From positions 1 through 64,000 of the forward strand of contig JANOQV010000040.1 in the NCBI GenBank assembly GCA_031414955.1: 64,000 nucleotides of DNA, written 5' to 3'. Positions within the stretch are counted from its first letter, which is position 1, and every line of letters begins with the position of its first letter. The position numbers were made by a program, and so were the translations under genes. The notes below the pieces were generated by a model that was not told the DNA's origin, searched no databases, and saw only the letters and a list, made by a program, of their open reading frames with translations. Below are positions 56,932 to 64,000 of the stretch, piece after piece. This DNA is from Pedosphaera sp. (GTDB lineage: Bacteria; Verrucomicrobiota; Verrucomicrobiia; Limisphaerales; SIBH01).

Positions 56932-57710
56932 CATTGCCGAAGCGCCCGCTCGGCTCGACCGGACTGAACGTGAGCGTGCTCGGACTCGGCACGGTGAAAT
57001 TCGGTCGCAACCAGAAGATCAAATACCCGACCTTCGAGCTGCCCACCGACGAGGCGATCCAACAGTTGCTCGACGATGCGCTGAGTCTCGGCATCAACCT
57101 GCTCGACACGGCCCCCGCCTACGGCATCGCCGAAGCGCGCGTGGGCCAGTTGCTCGGCGCGCGGCGCGATCAGTTTGTCGTCGTGACCAAGACCGGCGAG
57201 GAGTTTGCGAATGGTGAATCTACCTACAACTTCTCCGCCGAGCACACCCGGCTGAGTGTCGAGCGCAGTTTGAAGCGATTGAAGACGGACCGGCTCGACT
57301 GCGTGCTCGTGCATTGCCCGCGCAACGACTTCGAGGTGTTGAGCAGTTCGCCGGTGTTCGACACGCTGGCTCAACTCAAGCAGCGCGGCGACATCCGCAG
57401 TTTCGGCGCCTCCACGAATTCGATCGAGGGCGGGATGCTGACCTTGGAACGCGCCGACGTGGTGATGGCGACTTACGCCACCGATTACACGGCCGAGGAA
57501 CCGGTCATCCAGCGCGCGGCGGAACTGGGCAAGGGCGTGTTCATCAAGAAAGGGCTTGGCTCGGGACAGTTGGCCGGCGCGGCGCGCAGTCTGGAGGATA
57601 ATTTCCGGCCCATCTTCAGCCTGCCCGGCGTCTCGAGCCTCATCATCGGCACCATCAACCGCAACCACCTGCGCGATAATGTGAGGGCCGTGGCCAGCGT
57701 AACAAAGTGA
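56928..57710 (+). CDS. Aldo/keto reductase
   Basis: LGSTGL.VS.LGLGT, DTAPAYG, TK.G, SLKRLKTD.LD; GTGA overlap with upstream gene. Confidence 0.9.
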   Translation: MTLPKRPLGSTGLNVSVLGLGTVKFGRNQKIKYPTFELPTDEAIQQLLDDALSLGINLLDTAPAYGIAEARVGQLLGARRDQFVVVTKTGEEFANGESTYNFSAEHTRLSVERSLKRLKTDRLDCVLVHCPRNDFEVLSSSPVFDTLAQLKQRGDIRSFGASTNSIEGGMLTLERADVVMATYATDYTAEEPVIQRAAELGKGVFIKKGLGSGQLAGAARSLEDNFRPIFSLPGVSSLIIGTINRNHLRDNVRAVASVTK

Positions 57711-57847
57711 TGCGCGGCCTGCGGATTCTGCCCTTGCATCGGCGCACGGCTCTCCAGAGCCGCGCGCCGGGGATTCGAGGAGTCGCGGCACGAATCTGCC
57801 GCTCTCCCGCTCGTGAATTAACCCCGGTCGGACACGTCTTGTATCCC

Positions 57848-58615
57848 ATGCGTAAACAAAGCTTCCTCCTGCTGCTGGCCGCCTGCGGCCTGCTTGCGAC
57901 GCTTTCTCCCGTTGCCGCGGCGGAGAAGCTGTATTCCGGCAAGCCCATTCGCGCGCTGATCATCACCGGCGGATGCTGTCACAACTACAAGTTTCAGGCG
58001 GCTGCGATGACCAACGGGATCAGTCAGCAGGCGGATTTCGAATGGACGGTGGTGAACGAAGGCGGTAACGGCACCAAGGCTGAAATCGATCTCTACCAGA
58101 ATCCCGACTGGGCCAAACCGTACGACGTGATCATTCACAACGAATGCTTTGCCGACACCGTGACCACGAACTACATCCGCAGCATTACCGCTGCGCACAA
58201 GGCGGGAAAGCCGGCGGTGGTCATCCACTGCGCCATGCACACCTACCGCTCATGGAAGTCCGACGACTGGCGTGAATTTCTTGGCGTGACCAGCCGGATG
58301 CACGAGCACCAGAGCAAATACCCGGTGAAGAATGTGGCAAAGAATCATCCGGTGATGCGCGGCTTTCCGGAGAACTGGGTCACGCCCATGGACGAACTCT
58401 ATATCATCGAAAAACTCTGGCCCGGCGCGCAGGCGCTGGCCACATCAGTCAGTGAGAAGAGCGGCCAGGCTCAGCCCTGTGTTTGGGTGAATGATTATCA
58501 TGGCACGCGGGTCTTCGGCACCACCTACGGCCACGCGGACGACACCTTCCGCGACCCGGTCTTCATCAACCTCCTGGCCCGTGGCGTGGTCTGGTCGGCC
58601 GGAAAATTGAAATGA
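57848..58615 (+). CDS. Secreted ThuA-like protein
   Basis: Signal peptide; LIITGG..H, HCA.H, HP...G, DELY, RVFGTTYGH. Confidence 0.85.
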   Translation: MRKQSFLLLLAACGLLATLSPVAAAEKLYSGKPIRALIITGGCCHNYKFQAAAMTNGISQQADFEWTVVNEGGNGTKAEIDLYQNPDWAKPYDVIIHNECFADTVTTNYIRSITAAHKAGKPAVVIHCAMHTYRSWKSDDWREFLGVTSRMHEHQSKYPVKNVAKNHPVMRGFPENWVTPMDELYIIEKLWPGAQALATSVSEKSGQAQPCVWVNDYHGTRVFGTTYGHADDTFRDPVFINLLARGVVWSAGKLK

Positions 58616-58676
58616 CTTTCAGCCCGCAATCCCGTAACTCGCTCCCGGTTTGCGCCGTCAACGACAACACATATTC

Positions 58677-59915
58677 ATGAACATGAAACGCTCCGTCACG
58701 ACTCTGGCCCTAACTGCCGCTTGCGTCTCCCTCGTCGCTGCCTCGGACTGGCCGCAGTGGCGCGGCCCCGACCGGACTGATGTCTCAAAAGAAACCGGCC
58801 TGCTCAAATCCTGGCCCGCGGGCGGACCGAAACGCGTGTGGCTTTTTGAGAACGCGGGCCACGGCTACTCCGGCCCCGCCATCGCGGGCGGCAAATATTT
58901 CACCCTCGGCACGCGCGATGGATCGGAAATCCTGCTCGCGCTCGACGCCAACACCGGCAAGGAGTTATGGACTGCGCCGCTCGGCAGCATTCTTGAGAAC
59001 GGCTGGGGCGGCGGCCCGCGCGGCACGCCGGCGGTTGACGGCGGCAATGTTTACGCACTGAGCGGCAAGGGCGACCTCGCCTGCGTGAGCGCGGCCGATG
59101 GCAAAGTGGGTTGGAAGGCGAGTCTGAAAACCTTCGGCGGCAAGACGCCCGGCTGGGGTTACACCGAGTCCGTGCTCGTCGATGGTGATCTGGTCGTATG
59201 CACGCCGGGCGGGGCCCAGGGCGCCCTCGTGGCGCTGAACAAGAAGACGGGCGCGTTGGTCTGGCAGTCGAAGGAGTTCACCGATCTGGCGCATTACTCC
59301 TCAATCGTGCCCGCGAAGATCAATGGCGCTGACACCTACGTTCAACGCACCGAGAAAAGCATCGTCGGCCTCGCGGTCAAGGATGGAAAGCTGCTCTGGA
59401 AAACCGATTTCCCCTTTGGCCGCACTGCGGTCATTCCCACGCCGATCGTCCGGGACAATATCGTTTATGTGTCGGCGGGTTATGGCGCGGGCTGCAAGGA
59501 GATCAAAATCAACCCGGACAACACGGTCACGACCATCTTTGAAAACAAAGTGATGAAGAACCATCACGGTGGTGTGATCCTCGTGGGCGATCATCTTTAC
59601 GGGCATGGCGATCCGGGCTGGGTCTGCCAGGACTTCAAAACCGGCGAGGAAGTCTGGAATCATCGCGGCTTCGGCAAAGGAGCCGTGGCCTTCGCGGATG
59701 GGATGCTCTACTGCTTGGAGGAAGGCAGCGGCACGCTCGTCCTCGCCGAAGCTTCACCCACGGGCTGGAAAGAACACGGACGCTTCAAACTCGATCCACA
59801 GACCAAGATTCGTAATCCACAGGGCCGCGTCTGGACACACCCCGTCATCGCCAACGGCAAGCTCTACTTGCGCGATCAGGATTTGATCTCCTGCTACGAC
59901 ATTAAGGGAAACTGA
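58677..59915 (+). CDS. PQQ-like beta-propeller protein (BamB-like family)
   Basis: DWPQWRGP, repeated TGKELW/DGKLLW, W.HP.IANGKLYLR. Confidence 0.9.
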   Translation: MNMKRSVTTLALTAACVSLVAASDWPQWRGPDRTDVSKETGLLKSWPAGGPKRVWLFENAGHGYSGPAIAGGKYFTLGTRDGSEILLALDANTGKELWTAPLGSILENGWGGGPRGTPAVDGGNVYALSGKGDLACVSAADGKVGWKASLKTFGGKTPGWGYTESVLVDGDLVVCTPGGAQGALVALNKKTGALVWQSKEFTDLAHYSSIVPAKINGADTYVQRTEKSIVGLAVKDGKLLWKTDFPFGRTAVIPTPIVRDNIVYVSAGYGAGCKEIKINPDNTVTTIFENKVMKNHHGGVILVGDHLYGHGDPGWVCQDFKTGEEVWNHRGFGKGAVAFADGMLYCLEEGSGTLVLAEASPTGWKEHGRFKLDPQTKIRNPQGRVWTHPVIANGKLYLRDQDLISCYDIKGN

Positions 59916-60099
59916 GCGGCCAACTGTTTGAGGACCAGCGACGCAAGTCACGCCTGGTCCTCGTCGCAGTCGAGGCATCGAGGCTCATGTTGCGGCCACG
60001 TGAGCGGGCCGCTTCCGCTTCACCTCAACCGCAATCCTTTCTGGCCGCGCAGTCAAATTGCGCTAAGGTGTCGTTGACCCGGCAGACATCCTGAAACTT

Positions 60100-61902
60100 A
60101 TGAGCATACTCACGTTCCATCGCGGCCCCGTCTGGTGCTTGCTCATGCTGCTTTTTGTCCACGCCAGTCGCGCCGCCACGAATTTCATCTCCGGCACGAT
60201 CAGCAACGACGTCACCTGGTCGGGAACTAACTGGCTGTCCGGCACGGTCGTGGTGAGCAACGGCGTGACGGTCAGCATCGCGCCGGGCACGCAGATGTTG
60301 ATGAACACCAACGCCACGCTGCTCATTTACGGGCGGTTGCTGGCCGACGGCACGAGCAACGCACCCGTTCGTTTCACGCGGGCCACGACCGCCGCGCGCT
60401 GGTCGGAGATGAGATTCATCGAGGCGGATGACAGCCGCTTCCGGCACTGCGTGATCGAATACGCCGACAGCGCGGGCGATCATCAGGATTATTATCCGAC
60501 CAACTGCACGACGGGGCAGGGCGTGTCGCCGCGCAATTATCACGAGGCGATTGTCGCGCTGGCCACGCATCTCGACGTGGAGAATTGCACTTTCCAAAAC
60601 ATGGTCGGCGGCGCGGGCGGGAACGAGGGCGACGTCTTCGCGATCATCTCGGATGACTACCAGTTCCCCGGGACCGCTTCTGCGCACATCCGGTGGTGCG
60701 TTTTCACCGACATCGGCCAGGCCATCCACACGCGCTACTCCTATGTGCTGGTGCAGGGTTGCACCTTCTCCAGCAAGAACGGTGACAACGATGACGTCGA
60801 CATGTACGGAGAGAGCCTTCCAGTGCCGCTCATCATCGGCAACACGTTCCTCTCGGGCCACGAGGACAAGATCAATCCTACGCGCTGCTCGGCTATCATC
60901 ATGAACAACTACATTTCCGGCGGCGATGATCACGGCGTGGTGCTGCGCGACAAGTGTTACCCCGTCGTGATCAACAACATCTTCTCCAACTTCACGGCCG
61001 CGGCCATCTCGGTGCAGAACCAGTGCGACGCGCTCATCGCCAACAACACGATCATCAATTCCGGTCGCGGCATCCGCATGTTCGATCACACCGCGCGCCA
61101 CGGCCCGCCGTACTGCCTGAATCCCGGCAACGGCAAGGTCACAGTGATCAACACCATCCTCTGGAACACACCCACCGGGCCGGTCACGATGGAGGCGAGC
61201 GCCTTTCTGCCCCACCCGGAGCTTACGGTCACCCATTGCGACGTGCAGGGAGGGAGGGCCAGCATCGTGACGAACAACGCCAACTGCGTCGTGGTCTGGG
61301 GGCCGGGCAACCTCAATGCCGACCCGCTCTTCACCAACGGCGTTTTTTTGCTGGCCGGTTCGCCGTGCATTGATGCCGGGACCAACGCGTTGCTCCTCGC
61401 GTCCTCCAACTGGACAGCCAGCGTGACGAATGATTTTCTGGGCCTACCGCGTCCGCTCGACGGCGACGGCAGCAATGGCGCGGCCTGGGACATCGGCGCG
61501 GAAGAGGTTTTCCTCGCGACGGCGGACTCCAACGGCGACGGGATTCCCGATGGCTGGACGCGCAATTTTGGTTTCAATCCAACCGACCCCGCCGTGGGCG
61601 GCGGCAACCCTGACAACGATCCGCACACCACGTATCAGGAATGGGTTGCAGACACGAACCCGACCAATGCGCTCTCCTTTTTCCGCATCGCTTCCATCCC
61701 GGCAACGCCAGGCTCGGTCTCCTTCGCCAGTTCCTCCAACCGCCTCTACACGCTCCTGGCTTCCACGAACCTCACCCCGAGCAACAGCTTCAATGCGGTC
61801 GGCGGCCAGACCAATGTGCCGGGCAACGGTGCCACGCAGACGCTCGCCGACACCAACGGCGCCCCGGCCAAGTTCTTTCAAGTGCAGGTGAGGACGCCGT
61901 AG
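60100..61902 (+). CDS. Secreted right-handed beta-helix protein with DxDGDG repeats and shared C-terminal module
   Basis: Signal peptide; repeated I.NN.I/F; DP.F..., SPCIDAG, DIGA.E; DSNGDGIPD; ends KFFQVQV. Confidence 0.85.
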   Translation: MSILTFHRGPVWCLLMLLFVHASRAATNFISGTISNDVTWSGTNWLSGTVVVSNGVTVSIAPGTQMLMNTNATLLIYGRLLADGTSNAPVRFTRATTAARWSEMRFIEADDSRFRHCVIEYADSAGDHQDYYPTNCTTGQGVSPRNYHEAIVALATHLDVENCTFQNMVGGAGGNEGDVFAIISDDYQFPGTASAHIRWCVFTDIGQAIHTRYSYVLVQGCTFSSKNGDNDDVDMYGESLPVPLIIGNTFLSGHEDKINPTRCSAIIMNNYISGGDDHGVVLRDKCYPVVINNIFSNFTAAAISVQNQCDALIANNTIINSGRGIRMFDHTARHGPPYCLNPGNGKVTVINTILWNTPTGPVTMEASAFLPHPELTVTHCDVQGGRASIVTNNANCVVVWGPGNLNADPLFTNGVFLLAGSPCIDAGTNALLLASSNWTASVTNDFLGLPRPLDGDGSNGAAWDIGAEEVFLATADSNGDGIPDGWTRNFGFNPTDPAVGGGNPDNDPHTTYQEWVADTNPTNALSFFRIASIPATPGSVSFASSSNRLYTLLASTNLTPSNSFNAVGGQTNVPGNGATQTLADTNGAPAKFFQVQVRTP

Positions 61903-61919
61903 CGCGCCGTGGTTCGCCC

Positions 61920-63542
61920 TTAGAACCAGCTTAGATCCAGCTTCACGTCCGCGTGCTTCCACGCCTGCTTGAACTGTTTCGCGGTCCGCGCGGCTTCGGC
62001 GTCCTTGCCTTGGGCGCGCAGGCTCTGCTCCAGCCCGAAGAGCGGCCAGCCGTTGGCCGGGAATTCCTTCAGCGTTTCACGAAAGGCTTTTTCCGCCTCG
62101 GCGGGGTGGCCGGTTTTCAGCAGCGCCGCGCCCAGCGACAGCCGCGCGGGATAATACCAGTAGGGCGGCTCCATGTATGACAACTCGTGCTCGGCTTTGA
62201 CCGCCGCGCGCAATTCGTTGACCATTTCAGCCGGCCGTTTCGCCGCGCCCGCCACTTTGCCTGCCAGCACATGGCCGGCTACTGCGAGAATCTTCGTGCC
62301 GGGAAAATAGGGATTGTCCATCGCCACCACGGCCGAGTTGGTCTGGAACTTTCGGAAAGCGTCCAGTTCCTGCTGGGCTTCGGTGGCTTGTCCGCCCGCC
62401 GCATAGGCCAGCCCGCGTGCGTAATGAGCCATCGCGCGATCGAACAGATATTCCTCCGCCGGCTGTTTCTCTTTCAGAATGTTCTGCCACTGCCCGAAGC
62501 GCGCATAAGCCAGCAGCGGCACGTAGCGCTGGCGCGGCCCTTCGATGGCGCCGCAGCGCAGATCCAGCGTGTATTGAGAAACCTTCTTCGCCGCGGCGAT
62601 GCTGTCCTTGCTCCGCCCCTCGAGGTCGGTGGCGAACCAGAGGAAATGGACATTGTGCGGATAATAACCGCCGGGATACACGCCCGCTGGTTTGACCTTC
62701 TTCAGGTAGCTTTCGTCCACACCGGTCGCGCGCTCGTTCACCGTCGAGGCGTCGTGGTAACGCCCCACCCGCACGTAAATGTGCGAGGCCATGTGGACAA
62801 GGTGCCCGGCTTTCGGGGTCAGCTTGCCGATGCGATCCGCGCTGGGTACGCCCTTTTCCGGATTCGGCCCTGCCTCGACGAGATGGATGTAGAGATGATC
62901 CGCGCCCGAGTGCGACGGCACGCGCGCCAGCACGGACTCAATCACCGTCAGCGCTTCCTTGGCCGACGGCTTCGGCGTCTTGTCATCCTGCCAGTAATTC
63001 CACGGCGACGTGTCCATCAACGCCTCCGCCAACAACGTCTGCGCGTCGAGGTCATCGGGATATTTCTTCGCCAGGGCGCGCATGGCGTCGGCGAAGTCCG
63101 CGTCCAGCGCCGAGCGATCCTTCACCGGCTCCTTGGTGTAACGCTTGGCCTGAGCTTCGATGTAGTCGCGTTCCTGGACGCTGGCCTGGTCCTTCAACTG
63201 GATGGCTTTTTGCAGGGCCTCCCAGGCTTTTGGAACAGCGCTGTCTTCCATTGGCGCATTGATGTTCGGTCCGTGCGCAAAGGCCACGCCCCACCAGGCC
63301 ATCGCGCAATTCGTATCCACCTGCGCCGCCGCCTCAAACGACCGGATGGCTTCGGCGTGATTGAAGTTGTAGCAAAGCGTCAGCCCCTGATCGAAGTAGC
63401 GCTGCGCCAGGGCCCATTTCGTGGTGATGGGATGATGATGCCGGCCCAGCCCGTCAAACCGCGGCACCGCCGGCAGTGATTGCGCTCCACGAGCGCTGAG
63501 CAGCAAGCTCGCCGCGACTATCGCAATGAAAAGATTCTTCAT
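61920..63542 (-). CDS. Secreted TPR-like helical protein
   Basis: Signal peptide; AQRYFDQGL...FNH.EA.RSF, H.GA.H.YIH.VE, GHLVHM.SHIY.R.G. Confidence 0.85.
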   Translation of the reverse strand: MKNLFIAIVAASLLLSARGAQSLPAVPRFDGLGRHHHPITTKWALAQRYFDQGLTLCYNFNHAEAIRSFEAAAQVDTNCAMAWWGVAFAHGPNINAPMEDSAVPKAWEALQKAIQLKDQASVQERDYIEAQAKRYTKEPVKDRSALDADFADAMRALAKKYPDDLDAQTLLAEALMDTSPWNYWQDDKTPKPSAKEALTVIESVLARVPSHSGADHLYIHLVEAGPNPEKGVPSADRIGKLTPKAGHLVHMASHIYVRVGRYHDASTVNERATGVDESYLKKVKPAGVYPGGYYPHNVHFLWFATDLEGRSKDSIAAAKKVSQYTLDLRCGAIEGPRQRYVPLLAYARFGQWQNILKEKQPAEEYLFDRAMAHYARGLAYAAGGQATEAQQELDAFRKFQTNSAVVAMDNPYFPGTKILAVAGHVLAGKVAGAAKRPAEMVNELRAAVKAEHELSYMEPPYWYYPARLSLGAALLKTGHPAEAEKAFRETLKEFPANGWPLFGLEQSLRAQGKDAEAARTAKQFKQAWKHADVKLDLSWF

Positions 63543-63718
63543 AGGGGTAGGGAGCCTGCCAGCCGGAAGGCTGCGGGCAACACGAAAATAGCGTCTGGAG
63601 ATGGAACTAAAGGTCCATTCAGGAGAATGGGCTTCACCATCATTTTTCAACCGTGAGCTTCCGGAACCTTGTTTACGGCCAGGCTTCGGTTGATGCTCCG
63701 TGAAAGGAAACGCATGCT

Positions 63719-64000
63719 ATGAATCTCCAACTTGAAAACAAAACGGCGCTCGTCACTGGGTCAACCAAGGGCATTGGCTTTGCCATCGCCCGGTGGCTGG
63801 CACAGGAGGGCGCGAGCGTGATCGTGAACGGCCGCAGTGAAGCCTCGACGAAAGCGGCGGCGGAAAAGATTGGCCCGCGGGCGCGTGGTGTGGCGGCGGA
63901 TGTTTCGACGGCGGCCGGTTGCGCCGCGTTGGTCAAGCAATTGCCTGCCGTGGACATTCTCGTGAACAATGCCGGTATTTTTGAACCGAAGCCCTTCACC
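63719..64000 (+). CDS. SDR oxidoreductase, truncated by the window end
   Basis: Translated by hand: MNLQLENKTALVTGSTKGIG...DILVNNAG; SD GAAAGGA. Confidence 0.9.
   Translation, partial: MNLQLENKTALVTGSTKGIGFAIARWLAQEGASVIVNGRSEASTKAAAEKIGPRARGVAADVSTAAGCAALVKQLPAVDILVNNAGIFEPKPFT

Overview
GC-rich bacterial chromosome segment. Gene content (DUF6807/Gfo-Idh-MocA/ThuA/PQQ-propeller genes, PVC-type dehydrogenase, atypical EF-Tu switch I, no rpmD) points to Verrucomicrobiota, probably subdivision 3 (Pedosphaera/Limisphaera-like); this is inference. 0.8-8.2 kb: distal spc and alpha operons (rplR-rpsE-rplO-secY-map-infA-rpmJ-rpsM-rpsK-rpsD-rpoA-rplQ). 13.8-18.6 kb: trnT-tuf-trnW-trnS-secE-nusG-rplKAJL, with no rpoB after it. 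The remainder is accessory: uvrA-like, polX, an ECF sigma cluster, sugar-catabolism-type enzymes and many large secreted repeat proteins. Main observations: (1) six otherwise unrelated secreted proteins end in the same ~70-aa C-terminal module (..L-x-x-T-N/D-L..W..R/K-F/Y-F/Y-R-V/L), a candidate uncharacterised protein-sorting signal; (2) twice, the last 27-38 codons of a gene are duplicated as a diverged orphan copy flanking a tiny integrase-free cargo of one or two small genes; (3) a ~2550-aa CotH/lamin-tail protein has Russian-doll domain nesting (a lectin inside a lectin inside an LTD); (4) matching GTAACC-N15/16-CGTCTG ECF promoters, one overlapping the sigma gene's stop codon; (5) structured leaders before trnT-tuf, rpoA, rplA and rplL. 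All calls are by-eye motif recognition; no database searches were run.
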